A stretch of 64,000 bases of DNA from an uncultured Gammaproteobacteria bacterium. Lineage in GTDB: Bacteria > Patescibacteriota > Patescibacteriia > Patescibacteriales > UBA12465. Made by a program: the position numbers and the translations under genes. The stretch spans positions 47,765-111,764 of the forward strand of contig CAZYNT010000001.1 of the NCBI GenBank assembly GCA_964648205.1. The letters are read 5' to 3'. Shown here piece by piece: positions 35,393 through 45,390 of the stretch. Under the pieces are notes generated by a model. The model ran no database searches, was not told the DNA's origin, and saw only the letters and a list, made by a program, of their open reading frames with translations. Within the stretch, counting starts at the first letter, position 1; each line of letters opens with the position of its first letter.

Positions 35393-35872
35393 TTAAATTT
35401 TTAATACATCTTGCTCATTTAATATCGACTTCAGCTCCTTGACTTTTATCAACAGAGTTTTAGCGTCTGCATGGGCTTGGTGTAATTCTGCTTCTGAAAT
35501 TCCGATAAAATCACCATATTCGATTCTATTTCTTTTCTTTCTCATTTGCTGAAATCTTTGAAACTCATTACCGAGTTCGCCATTAAGGAAGACGGCGGCG
35601 GCATTAATTACAATATAATGATGACCCTCTCCACTTGCTTTTACTCTATATCCGTTAATTAACAATATGGCTTCACAGCCTAATCTTATAGAATCGTAGA
35701 TATTATTGTACACAATGTCCTCGTCCCCGGTGCCTAATCCGGACAAGTTTTTATTTGCAAAATTATATAATCTATCAGCCTTCTCGATTTTTATTTCAAC
35801 CCCCTTTAAATTGGGTAAAAAAGGCTCAATGGAATTATTACTTAATAATGTTTGAATCTCTTGTAAAATCAT
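35393..35872 (-). CDS. HEPN-like helical protein (putative toxin partner of the upstream nucleotidyltransferase)
   Basis: 159 aa, predicted all-helical. Overlaps the upstream NTase gene by 35 nt. The canonical Rx4-6H motif is not clearly present (KRNRIEYG), so the assignment rests on the gene pairing. Confidence 0.4.
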   Translation of the reverse strand: MILQEIQTLLSNNSIEPFLPNLKGVEIKIEKADRLYNFANKNLSGLGTGDEDIVYNNIYDSIRLGCEAILLINGYRVKASGEGHHYIVINAAAVFLNGELGNEFQRFQQMRKKRNRIEYGDFIGISEAELHQAHADAKTLLIKVKELKSILNEQDVLKI

Positions 35873-36425
35873 ATGGATCCCCTTTTAATTTAATTATTGG
35901 TGATAAGAATATATTAGATATAAAATTATTTTTTTCTTTAATCTTTTTAATAATTTCCTGACTACTGTAAATATGATAATTTATTTCTCTGGCAATTTTG
36001 CCCTCTATAGAACTTACCATGATAGTAAGGGCCTCTTGATCGATGTTTCCAATTAACATTAAATCAATATCGCTATTATTATTTTCCGTTCCTCTGGCTA
36101 TTGATCCGAAAATAAAAGCGCATTCCACATTATCAAGTTTATCGATTAACTTTTTTAGTTCATTTTCTAAGCCGCTTGTTTTCGAAATAATGCTTTTTAT
36201 TTCTTCATAAAGTGGGTGTTCTTTATTTAATCTAAAAAAACGCATATTTCCGCGACGTTCATCTAATAAGATTTTATCATCCACCAAATTATCTAAATAT
36301 TTTTGATAATGACTCGGCTCTTTTTTTAGATTTTTAGCAATTTCTCTAAAATAATATTCTTTTTTTGAGTCTTCAAAAAAAAGCTTAAGGATTTCCCCTT
36401 CCCCGTTTTTTAAAAAATTTAGCAT
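35838..36425 (-). CDS. Winged-helix HTH plus minimal nucleotidyltransferase (MNT, Pol-beta superfamily) protein, putative antitoxin/regulator
   Basis: N-terminal HTH-like region (YYFREIAKNLKKEPSHYQKYLDNLVDDKIL) and NTase motif FGSIARGTENNNSDIDLMLIG. Confidence 0.7.
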   Translation of the reverse strand: MLNFLKNGEGEILKLFFEDSKKEYYFREIAKNLKKEPSHYQKYLDNLVDDKILLDERRGNMRFFRLNKEHPLYEEIKSIISKTSGLENELKKLIDKLDNVECAFIFGSIARGTENNNSDIDLMLIGNIDQEALTIMVSSIEGKIAREINYHIYSSQEIIKKIKEKNNFISNIFLSPIIKLKGDPYDFTRDSNIIK

Positions 36426-36473
36426 ATAGTATGTTTAATAATTTTTATTTCAATTATTCTTGATTATATTATA

Positions 36474-36512
36474 CATAATTTATGTACAATTGTACATACT
36501 TTATGTACATAA
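36474..36512. promoter_or_regulatory. Palindromic operator overlapping the promoter of the HTH-NTase operon
   Basis: Perfect 14-bp palindrome TGTACAATTGTACA flanked by further TATGTACA half-sites, about 50-90 nt upstream of the ATG. The minus strand has TATAAT adjacent. Confidence 0.55.
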
Positions 36513-36603
36513 GCTAATATTAGCCAACGATTACACACTTATTAAGAAAAATATATTATCTCAAAACTTTCCTCCACCTCTCAATTTCGCCCATATCCTA
36601 TAT

Positions 36604-38115
36604 TTATAACTCATACAAAAATATCATATAAGAGGTGCCTTCCAGGTGGCCTTTTTCTGTAAAGTTCTTCCGGAAGTCATTCTTTAAAGTCGCAGCAAAT
36701 GGATTATCTTCTGTAAAAACCAGCCAAACCCTCTTACTGCCAGATGATTTAATATTATTTATCAATACATCCGAGCTCGGAAATGTGTTGTTATTATTTT
36801 TAATAATCTTATTTACATCTTGGTAAAGTTGATGAGTAGCCATTTCTTCGGGGAATGACTTTTTTATAAAAAACTTAAGATTAATATTCATGCGACCTAT
36901 ATAATAATCAATCGTTGGCCTCGAAAGTCCGGTAAACACTAGCCAATCATTATCCTGGGCTATCGATAAAAAATTGGACACAACTGTCCGCTCATTAATT
37001 TTTTGGTTTTTGATGTTATTCTTTTCCCTAATTACCTCTGCATAACTAAAAATAATCAATAATAAAATTAAAGAGCAGACAATCCATTTATTTTTAAGAC
37101 GAGAAAACAATATGGCGAATAGAAGAATAAAAGCCGGCAAAACTACGGCCTCATAGCGCCCCGGCTCATAAAAATTTACAAAATGACCCACAATCCATGC
37201 CACCAACAATGGGATAAATAGGTAACCAAGCAACCATGATAAGTTGGAAATAATCTTATTATAATTAATTTTTTTTAACTTAAAATAGATTCTATCTTTT
37301 GTTTCTTCTAAGTAACCAAAAATAGCAAGAGCCGATATTAGACCAAATATTATATAAATTCCAGTAGCCCCGTACATAAAATAATGGAAAGTATCGAATA
37401 TTGTTTTAAATGATGTTAAAGAAATCCAGCTGCTTGCTCCATTTTCCCTATATTGCCACAAGATTACTATCCAGGGCGAACTAATAAATACGGCAGCAAT
37501 TTGGCAAAAGAGTATTTTAAAAGATTTTTTATAAAGCAGCCAGCTAATAAATTGGGATCCCAATAATAACAAGAACCAGGGATGAGAACAGACGCCTAAA
37601 ACAGTAAAAAACAAATACCAAATAACATTTTTATACCGAAAGTGCTTTAGTAAAATATAAAATTGAAAATACGAAAGAATGCTCAGTAGTATGACCAATG
37701 AATACTGCCTGGCTTGAATAGAATAGAAAATACTAAAATAATTTATTGCCAGTAAAAAGGCCGCCCATAGGCCGGTACGCACACCTCTAATTAATACTCC
37801 GAGTTTATAAATTGCTATAAGTGAAAGCAAGCTTAAAATTACAGATAAAGAACGGAGTCCGATCTCATTATTTCCAAATAAAACCGACCAAAATTTTAAT
37901 AAATAAAAGTAAGCGACATTGCTGCCAGAATTAACCAAATTGGACCACGAGTTAATCAAATTTGTATTAAGGGCATTGGCTACCCCAGCCTCATCTAGCC
38001 ACAATGGCCTTAAAGATAAATGATCTAATCGTAAAATACTGGCTAAGACAAAAATAGCTAAAAAAATTAAGACATTTCGATTCTTTTTTATTATCTTTCT
38101 TAAATTATTTACCAT
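36604..38115 (-). CDS. GT-C fold membrane glycosyltransferase (family 39/83-like, ArnT/PMT-type)
   Basis: 503 aa polytopic. N-terminal LRLDHLSLRPLWLDEAGVA matches the first-loop DE motif of PMT/ArnT-type transferases. Low GC. Confidence 0.55.
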   Translation of the reverse strand: MVNNLRKIIKKNRNVLIFLAIFVLASILRLDHLSLRPLWLDEAGVANALNTNLINSWSNLVNSGSNVAYFYLLKFWSVLFGNNEIGLRSLSVILSLLSLIAIYKLGVLIRGVRTGLWAAFLLAINYFSIFYSIQARQYSLVILLSILSYFQFYILLKHFRYKNVIWYLFFTVLGVCSHPWFLLLLGSQFISWLLYKKSFKILFCQIAAVFISSPWIVILWQYRENGASSWISLTSFKTIFDTFHYFMYGATGIYIIFGLISALAIFGYLEETKDRIYFKLKKINYNKIISNLSWLLGYLFIPLLVAWIVGHFVNFYEPGRYEAVVLPAFILLFAILFSRLKNKWIVCSLILLLIIFSYAEVIREKNNIKNQKINERTVVSNFLSIAQDNDWLVFTGLSRPTIDYYIGRMNINLKFFIKKSFPEEMATHQLYQDVNKIIKNNNNTFPSSDVLINNIKSSGSKRVWLVFTEDNPFAATLKNDFRKNFTEKGHLEGTSYMIFLYEL

Positions 38116-38131
38116 AAAGTAATAATACGAA

Positions 38132-40372
38132 TTAAAAAAGCACTTCGATTTTGCCTTTCATAGAATCATTAACAGAAAAAGTGAAGCGCAAGGATAGGCC
38201 GACCCGGCTGACATATAAGCGGCCGCCCTCCGACTCTTCAATCTTGTAACCTCTCCCTTCATAATATTTCTGGACAGCTTCAACGTCGGCGCGTGTCACC
38301 GGGCGAGAAAGATAATAAGTCAGCCACATGCTATCCATACTATCAACCATCTTCACTTGATTACTAAAAATAGGGTTTAGGATTAGCAACAGTTCATCAT
38401 GAATACTCTGATTTTTAGCTGAGCCTATCTTGGCTTCTTTAGCATTCTCAAAATTTATTTCCACCCAAGTTTTGGTCGTAGGCGTTATGGCGGCTTGCCC
38501 GAGCGGCGAGCTGACGGTAGAATCCGGGCGAGAACAGGCCGGGATTATTTTATTTTTAAAATACTGGCAGATATTTTTAACTATATTTTTGGCGACGGCG
38601 GTTTTTTCTTTTACTTTCTTATTAATCTTTAGAGCTGATTTTTCCGCGCCAGCGACTGCCATATTTTGAGCCACTAAATAAGCGCTTTGATCTTCTATTT
38701 TCGCCCCGGTGCGATTAGAAACTTGCATACACTTATTCGTGCTTCCATTAGCATCCAATTTGATAAGCGCCGCTTCCGTATACGGGGTCATAATGCCCAT
38801 TACCTTGCGCGTCTTATTAGTAAGCATGCTTCCCGCAATTATAATCCCCTTATCGGCTGTCGGCTGCAAGCTGTAACCCGACAATTCTCTTTCAGCGTCG
38901 ATTTTCTTTACCCAAATCGGATTAAAATCGGCGTCGGTTTTGACCAAACCAATATTTATCGCCGAAGCCGCTACCATTTTTTTTAAAGCTTCGTTCATTG
39001 CCTTGGCAAAAGGCTGGATCTTCGGAGCCAACTTTTCAATATTGACGCAATCGGCTTCATGCTTAGCGCATTCGTCTAAATAAGCTCGTCTTTTTTTGGC
39101 AGCGTCTGCTTCTTTAGCTTCCAGCCCATCGCCATCACGCACAGTATTTTTCATGATGACAAAATTGTGGTCAAAGGTTTTAACTACATGAAAATCATTA
39201 ACCGCTCCTCCGGAAATAAGATTGATATCCAGCTTTTTCGCCCATTGATAATTGCCGGCGGCGTCAAATTTCACGGCCATGAGCGGACGCAAGCCTAATT
39301 CCGTCAAAGATATCGCAGCCCCTCCTGACAAGCCCTGGGTTAATAATTGGTTGGCGAAACCGAAAACTAAAAAACCGCCATCCGGCGCTAGCTGGACGGA
39401 TCTAAAATCACCGCCCGCCAAACGAATCTTCGTTTTGCCGATAGTGACCGCATTTCCCGTATAGCTAGTTGGAGCGCTTATCTCAGAGGGTATCATTTCC
39501 AGGCTTTTAGCCCAAGAAACATTTAGATTACGGTCTAATCTTATTGCTGTCGGGATATCGCCCATAACTATTTCCGGTCCTACAATATTTTCCGGTTGTT
39601 CTGTTTTATAAATAGCGATATTGGCTAAAGCGATAAAGCTCCCATCGGCCAAGCGCTGCATATCAAGAGCGTTCCAACTCATCTTTTTAAAAGACTGGAC
39701 TGATCCTTTCTTATCGACTTGAATCAGCGCACTGTATTTGGGCACGGCCTCCGTGTCCGCGACGTCCTTGCCGTGTCCGGTTTCCATAAAACGCGCTAAG
39801 AGCATTATGCCGCCATCAGGCAGAGCCCAAATCTTTTGTGGGCGATCGATACTATAATCACCGATTAAAATTGACCACGATTGAATCCCCTTAGAATTAA
39901 ACCTGGTTATTAAAATATCCCCATAAAGTTCCTTGGTTTTTTCATCGACAAAATCAACAACATCGCTGGCCGTAATTATGCCGCCGTCCGATGTTTCAAC
40001 GGCTAGGCGGCCGAAGTGGCTGGAACTCATATTGCCGAGAGCATTGCTTGCGCTGCTAAAATCACGGGTCCAGAGCTTATTGCCCTTCGCGTCCGTTTTT
40101 ACAACATACGGATAAGGCTCTTGCATACCTCCGGCTCGAATAGTCTCGCCCGTAAGCACGAACCCGCCGTCCTTAGTCGGCAAAACGCCAAAACCTTCCG
40201 TATTGTCACGCAAATGGTAAGTCTTTAGAAAGCTCGTCGCATCAATTTGTTTCTGAGGGCATTCTGCCGCCGGCTGCGCCGCGGCCGGCTGATCGCCGGT
40301 TATCTTTAAAACCGCAAAAATTGTAAAAAAAATAATTACGGATAATAATAAATACTTAATTTTCATACTCAT
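38132..40372 (-). CDS. Large secreted hypothetical protein
   Basis: 746 aa with a signal peptide, beta-rich with repeated G-rich segments. No recognised motif. Confidence 0.5.
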   Translation of the reverse strand: MSMKIKYLLLSVIIFFTIFAVLKITGDQPAAAQPAAECPQKQIDATSFLKTYHLRDNTEGFGVLPTKDGGFVLTGETIRAGGMQEPYPYVVKTDAKGNKLWTRDFSSASNALGNMSSSHFGRLAVETSDGGIITASDVVDFVDEKTKELYGDILITRFNSKGIQSWSILIGDYSIDRPQKIWALPDGGIMLLARFMETGHGKDVADTEAVPKYSALIQVDKKGSVQSFKKMSWNALDMQRLADGSFIALANIAIYKTEQPENIVGPEIVMGDIPTAIRLDRNLNVSWAKSLEMIPSEISAPTSYTGNAVTIGKTKIRLAGGDFRSVQLAPDGGFLVFGFANQLLTQGLSGGAAISLTELGLRPLMAVKFDAAGNYQWAKKLDINLISGGAVNDFHVVKTFDHNFVIMKNTVRDGDGLEAKEADAAKKRRAYLDECAKHEADCVNIEKLAPKIQPFAKAMNEALKKMVAASAINIGLVKTDADFNPIWVKKIDAERELSGYSLQPTADKGIIIAGSMLTNKTRKVMGIMTPYTEAALIKLDANGSTNKCMQVSNRTGAKIEDQSAYLVAQNMAVAGAEKSALKINKKVKEKTAVAKNIVKNICQYFKNKIIPACSRPDSTVSSPLGQAAITPTTKTWVEINFENAKEAKIGSAKNQSIHDELLLILNPIFSNQVKMVDSMDSMWLTYYLSRPVTRADVEAVQKYYEGRGYKIEESEGGRLYVSRVGLSLRFTFSVNDSMKGKIEVLF

Positions 40373-40480
40373 AAATCTTTAAAAAATAATTTACTATGCT
40401 TGATTATATTTTATCATTAACAGCCAAAAATTGGTATTTAAGACCGCCAATGATATAATCCAATATATAACAGTGCATTT

Positions 40481-41635
40481 ATGTTAAAAACTTTCATAAG
40501 CTGGTTTAAAAAATTTTTTCCTTTCCTGGGCTTGAGCGCTTTATTCTTTTTGTTCGTCCTTTTAATCACCTTCTTGTTCAACTACTATAATGCCGATTCC
40601 CTCGCTTGGGCGCAGAGAGTCAATCCTTATTATTTATTGGTGCGCTGGGATTCTATTCATTATTTAGAAATCGCCTTAAACGGTTTCGGCGCCCCTTCGA
40701 CATTTTTCCCTTTTTATCCTTTCCTAATAACCTTATTTTCTTTATTTTTACCAACTATTTTTTCCGGATTCTTAATCAGCTTCTTGTCCTTAGCGGCGGC
40801 CCTCTACTATTTGAATTTAATATTGGAAGAGGCTGGCCTCGGAAAAATTTATGGCCGAACTGTTATTTTATTGTTATCTTTCCCGGCCGCCCTATTTTTT
40901 TCCCTGATTTACACAGAATCTTTATTTTTTTTTCTAGTCATCGCCTTTTTTTATTACTTGCAAAAACGTTACTGGCGTGTCGCCGCTCTTCTCGGCTTTT
41001 TGGCCGTTCTAACGAGAAATGTCGGAATTTTTTTATGGCCAGTCTACTTAGTCTTTCTGCTAACCACCCTCTACGATTTTAACTTGGGAAAATTCTGGAA
41101 AAATTTGGCTGCTTTGATTAAGAAAAAAGAATTTTGGTTTTCTCTGGCTATTCCCGCCGGTTTGTTCTTATACTGCTTCTATTGCTATCTCCAATTTGGC
41201 GATTGGCTTACTTTTATTCGCAGCCAGCAGGGTTGGGCGCAGTGGCGGGCTTTCGTGTGGCCCTGGAAAACCTTCGCTAATTTCTTTAAAATAATTTTTC
41301 TCGACTCAATCGGAGAAACCAGCCTCTATAATTTTATCAGGATAGTAATCATTGAGGGTGGGTCTTTTCTGCTTCTGCTTGCGGCCACGATATATTGGCT
41401 GAAGAAAAAACATTGGCCTTATGCTGTGTTTTGTTTACTCAATACTCTTCTTTTCTCTTTCATGTATCCTATGCTTTCCGTCAACCGCTATGTGGTCGTC
41501 GTCTTCCCGATTTTTATATTTCTCGCTAGTCTTACCAAAAAATATAATTGGCTATTTTATAGCACTCTTTTTATATTTATTATCTTCTTTATCTTAAACG
41601 TCTCTCAATTTTCCATCGGATCTTGGGCGGGCTAA
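40481..41635 (+). CDS. GT-C fold membrane mannosyltransferase-like protein (PIG-V/GT76-like)
   Basis: 384 aa polytopic. The RWDSIHYLEIALNGF motif resembles the WDS.HY..IA..GY signature of PIG-V-type mannosyltransferases. Confidence 0.45.
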   Translation: MLKTFISWFKKFFPFLGLSALFFLFVLLITFLFNYYNADSLAWAQRVNPYYLLVRWDSIHYLEIALNGFGAPSTFFPFYPFLITLFSLFLPTIFSGFLISFLSLAAALYYLNLILEEAGLGKIYGRTVILLLSFPAALFFSLIYTESLFFFLVIAFFYYLQKRYWRVAALLGFLAVLTRNVGIFLWPVYLVFLLTTLYDFNLGKFWKNLAALIKKKEFWFSLAIPAGLFLYCFYCYLQFGDWLTFIRSQQGWAQWRAFVWPWKTFANFFKIIFLDSIGETSLYNFIRIVIIEGGSFLLLLAATIYWLKKKHWPYAVFCLLNTLLFSFMYPMLSVNRYVVVVFPIFIFLASLTKKYNWLFYSTLFIFIIFFILNVSQFSIGSWAG

Positions 41636-41674
41636 AAAACAAAAGGCCTCGAATTGCTTGCGGCAATCCGAGGC
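41634..41674 (-). terminator. Intrinsic terminator for the minus-strand gene 41695-42360
   Basis: GCCTCGGATTGCCGCAAGCAATTCGAGGC on the minus strand, followed by TTTTGTTTTTT. Confidence 0.6.
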
Positions 41675-41694
41675 TAAAAATAGAGAACTAAAGA

Positions 41695-42360
41695 CTAAAA
41701 GAGCCAAAAACCAGAAATTTGAAAAACGACGAACGCAAAACCACCGCCACGACTCCACCGGTCGTCAGGATTGCCACAGTCGGCACTCAACCAAGAATCA
41801 TCGTCATCGCGATGAGCGTAGAGAAGTGAGAGATCACCTTCAAAATCTTTTATTGGTTCGTGCATAACGACAATCCAAAGAAGTCCCATAGCTTCCAGTT
41901 CTTTATCAGAGAATTTCTCTCTGATAAGACAAGCGGTTTCAGTGTTTGGCGTGATGAGCTTACGATTTTTAGCGTCCTTACGAATGTTTTGAGTGATAAG
42001 TTCGCTGTCACTGAAAATTTCATCTTTAAAAACGGCAATTTCGTAGGTGACACCGCTTGTCGGTTTAAATCTTTTTGAACGAAGTACGCTCTTAGCATAA
42101 TTTCCGACATGAAAACCCTTATCTTCCAAACGAGTAATCCACTGTTCGCCGGTAGTGCCGTCAGATGTGACCGAGAAACGGATAATGCCGTCTTTTTCTG
42201 TCCATTTAGGTCTGGGCGTGAAGAGCTGTATTTCTCCGGCGTTCACCATGCGGACAGCTTCATTGGGATCATTTACTCCGATTTGTTTCATGATGTTTTT
42301 CACCAAAGCATTTAGCTTACCCGGCAAAACATCGGCGATTACAAAAAAATCATTATTCAT
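41695..42360 (-). CDS. Hypothetical protein
   Basis: 221 aa with a strong AAGGAGGG ribosome-binding site. No motif recognised. Confidence 0.5.
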   Translation of the reverse strand: MNNDFFVIADVLPGKLNALVKNIMKQIGVNDPNEAVRMVNAGEIQLFTPRPKWTEKDGIIRFSVTSDGTTGEQWITRLEDKGFHVGNYAKSVLRSKRFKPTSGVTYEIAVFKDEIFSDSELITQNIRKDAKNRKLITPNTETACLIREKFSDKELEAMGLLWIVVMHEPIKDFEGDLSLLYAHRDDDDSWLSADCGNPDDRWSRGGGFAFVVFQISGFWLF

Positions 42361-42635
42361 TTTGCCCTCCTTGCGCTTATTCGCGCTTTTTACTTGCTCT
42401 CATCCGAAGCAGGAGCTCTAACCATTGTGGCCACAGCCAGGAAATGGCTAACTTGTTAACCATTTTTTGGCTGTGGCCTGTTCGCAAATTATTTTTTTAA
42501 AGTCCGATTTTTATAAGATAATTATAGCATAATATCATAATATTAATATTTTTTCAATAACAAAAAAATAGAGATATTAACTCTATTTTTCTGTATCTAC
42601 GGAGAGGATAGGGTGAAAACTTTTTTGTGTAAATA

Positions 42636-43427
42636 TTAGTATTTTTTAAAATATGGATGAAAAATTCTAAAACCATCTTTTTTGTCTAATTCGGATTTTA
42701 TAAAACTTTCTTTTATTTCTATTTCTCTAGCATTTAAAGGAGTTTCGCCCTTGTTCGCCCTTTTATTGAACCACCAAACACCAATATCGCGTTTATAGAT
42801 TGGTATTTTAAATATTTTTGCATATGTAGGTATTTTATATTCAAGCATTCCAATCTCCCTGTCTTCGACAGTTAACCATTTATCGAAAAAAATTCTTGGA
42901 AAGATTTGAAAAATAAATAAACTGCATAATAACCTATTTCTATAAGAATACTTTTCTTTTATATATTTTTTGAATTCAAGATAATTTTTTCTATGTTTTT
43001 TTCCTTTTTTTGTCCAATCCCATTTTTTTTCTATATACTCATCTAATATCCTTGTACCCGAAATAAACAATTCTCCTTTTTTCATCCTAGGAAATTGTTT
43101 TTTAATATTTCCCAATATTAAAGCGTCCCATTGAACTATAGCGACTCCATCCCAATTTTTTAAGTTTTGTCCCCTTTCTTTATACCAATCTAATATCATT
43201 AAATCCCCATGAATCCATTTATACTTACGTGGCTTGCTGCAAAGAGAGCTAACATGAAAATCATCCAAATAACTTTTTAATTTATTTTTAAAGCTACCAG
43301 CCTTTGCCTTATCTCCACCGTACAATCCAAAAATTTTGACATTCGGATTATGTTTTTTTATCAATTTAAGTCTATTCAAGCAAATTTCAGGGTCTTTGTA
43401 GAACCAAAACAAAATAGCTAACTTCAT
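42636..43427 (-). CDS. Hypothetical protein (very AT-rich gene, first of a low-GC cassette)
   Basis: 263 aa, Lys/Trp-rich. No recognised motif. Confidence 0.4.
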   Translation of the reverse strand: MKLAILFWFYKDPEICLNRLKLIKKHNPNVKIFGLYGGDKAKAGSFKNKLKSYLDDFHVSSLCSKPRKYKWIHGDLMILDWYKERGQNLKNWDGVAIVQWDALILGNIKKQFPRMKKGELFISGTRILDEYIEKKWDWTKKGKKHRKNYLEFKKYIKEKYSYRNRLLCSLFIFQIFPRIFFDKWLTVEDREIGMLEYKIPTYAKIFKIPIYKRDIGVWWFNKRANKGETPLNAREIEIKESFIKSELDKKDGFRIFHPYFKKY

Positions 43428-43432
43428 ATTGC

Positions 43433-43819
43433 TTAAAAACCGAAGTATTTTAAAACGGGTTTAATGTTTGGGGCCAAATCTTCTTTATCTAAATCTTGTA
43501 TATCTATCCAACGCCATTCTTTTATATCTTTACCTGGCATAATTTCTCCAATTCTTTTAGCCAGGAAATGAACCAAGATAACACTTAACCTTTCTTCTCC
43601 CTTTTCCGTATAGAAAAAATAGGGGTTATTATTTAGTATTTCTATATCTAGTCCCATCTCCTCCTTGACTTCTCTAATGGCAACTTCTTTTAAATTAGTT
43701 TCATCTTCTTCAACTCTTCCGCCACAAAATTTCCAAAATTGATCTTCACCATGTTTATTAAGTAAAACGTGATTATTTTCTACAATTACGGGACCGGATG
43801 CGATAATAATTTTAGACAT
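43433..43819 (-). CDS. NUDIX hydrolase
   Basis: Nudix box GGRVEEDETNLKEVAIREVKEEMGL. Confidence 0.8.
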   Translation of the reverse strand: MSKIIIASGPVIVENNHVLLNKHGEDQFWKFCGGRVEEDETNLKEVAIREVKEEMGLDIEILNNNPYFFYTEKGEERLSVILVHFLAKRIGEIMPGKDIKEWRWIDIQDLDKEDLAPNIKPVLKYFGF

Positions 43820-43898
43820 ATATTTTATAATTGCTATTTTACAATTATACCACGCCTTGCCGAAGCCATAAATTTCTTATTAAAAATAACTCGAAATC

Positions 43899-44732
43899 TT
43901 ATGGCTTTTCACTCTCAAATTTAATGTTTTCGTCTAATATTGTAACAATTTCATTATTCAAAATAGGAATGTCATATTGTTTGGTTTCAGGATTAAATTT
44001 TTTTCCGCTAACAGACATTTTAGAAATTATTTTACCCACAATTTGCGGATTTCTAAATTTCCCCTCATTTTTTGCTTTTATTGATCTTTCTCTTATTGAA
44101 TCAATCCCATAATTAATGGCCTCCTCATTCATGCGAGTATCAACATGACCAGGATTAACTAAAAAGACTTGAATGTTTTTATTTTCTTCTTTGCTAGAAA
44201 AATCTTTAAGCCAGTCCTCAACATTTTTTTTCGCTTGTCCGTAATGTTCATGCCCCTCTATAAATTTACTGGCCTGAGTAGAAGTAAGAAATATTATGCG
44301 TCCATTTGAAGAACGCAATAAATCAGAGGCCGATTCAACTAGATTTTTTTGAGCCTCATAATCAACTTTTAAGGTATAGCCTTTCGATTCTCTTATGCCA
44401 GTCACGGCGGCGTTTAGTATTAAAATATCCAAACCGCCTAATTTTTCAGAACCTTGTTTTATAAAATCTTCTATTTTATCGGTATTGCTTAAATCAAGTT
44501 GATATGCCTCAACTTTACTTGAATTTTTCATTTCGTCTAGTTTTTCTTGTGTACGGGCGCAAATAACGACATCATGATTTTGTCCAGACAATTCCAACGC
44601 TATGGCCCTACCAATTCCCTCGGTCCCACCAGTTAAAATTATTTTTTCTTTTTCTATCGCTGGCGATTGTATTTTTTGCTCAAAATTCATATTTATATAT
44701 CTCAAATATATTTTAAAATTATCAATCAACAA
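43899..44732 (-). CDS. Short-chain dehydrogenase/reductase (SDR)
   Basis: TGGTEGIGRAIA Rossmann motif, and NAAV and YxxxK elements. Confidence 0.8.
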   Translation of the reverse strand: MLIDNFKIYLRYINMNFEQKIQSPAIEKEKIILTGGTEGIGRAIALELSGQNHDVVICARTQEKLDEMKNSSKVEAYQLDLSNTDKIEDFIKQGSEKLGGLDILILNAAVTGIRESKGYTLKVDYEAQKNLVESASDLLRSSNGRIIFLTSTQASKFIEGHEHYGQAKKNVEDWLKDFSSKEENKNIQVFLVNPGHVDTRMNEEAINYGIDSIRERSIKAKNEGKFRNPQIVGKIISKMSVSGKKFNPETKQYDIPILNNEIVTILDENIKFESEKP

Positions 44733-44734
44733 AA

Positions 44735-45337
44735 TTATTTCTGCACGATTATTCTAGCCACTTCGTGCTTATGTGGATTCGGAAAACCAGGATGACCGGG
44801 GTCTAAAATAATATTTTCTAAATAATATAACACTTTATAGCCAGAAAAAAGATGCAATAATTCCTGCTCATCGAAATAACCGCTAAATTTATTACCTGAA
44901 GTAAAACTGGGGTCATCTTTGGTAAAAGCTTCGATGATTATATAACCGCCTTTTTGGATATTATCTTGCAGGCTATTTAATATTTTTAAAGTTTCATCTT
45001 TGCCTAAAAAATTTAAAACATTACGGCAGGCAATTACTTGGTATTTATCTTTTTCAATATTAAAATCTTTTATATCACCATAAATTAATTCTAAATTATC
45101 TAGTTTAAGCTCATCTTTTTTAGCTTTTAATTGATCAATGACCACGGATGAACTATCTATCGCCGTAACCGGAAAACCCTTTTCAGCTAAAAACAAAGAA
45201 TCGACTCCCTGGCCACAACCCAAATCCAATACCGCGCTACCCGGTAAAAAATTTTTCCAGATAAGGTTTAAAATTTGGCTGGGCTTAATTTCCTCACCAA
45301 CATTAAAGGTTGAATATATTTTATTATAATTTGGCAT
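44735..45337 (-). CDS. Class I SAM-dependent methyltransferase
   Basis: VLDLGCGQGVDSLFLAEKG motif I and an acidic motif II. Confidence 0.8.
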   Translation of the reverse strand: MPNYNKIYSTFNVGEEIKPSQILNLIWKNFLPGSAVLDLGCGQGVDSLFLAEKGFPVTAIDSSSVVIDQLKAKKDELKLDNLELIYGDIKDFNIEKDKYQVIACRNVLNFLGKDETLKILNSLQDNIQKGGYIIIEAFTKDDPSFTSGNKFSGYFDEQELLHLFSGYKVLYYLENIILDPGHPGFPNPHKHEVARIIVQK

Positions 45338-45390
45338 TTTATTGATAACTTTAATTTATTGTTTTTAAATATGTTTCAAATATCATTAAA

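Noticed and set aside
33502-38120. Intact integrated element (prophage or integrative island) at tRNA-Glu
   Set aside because: No integrase, recombinase, transposase or capsid genes. No second copy of the tRNA 3' end at the far boundary. Only the compositional shift and the tRNA 5' duplication remain, so it is treated as a decayed island.
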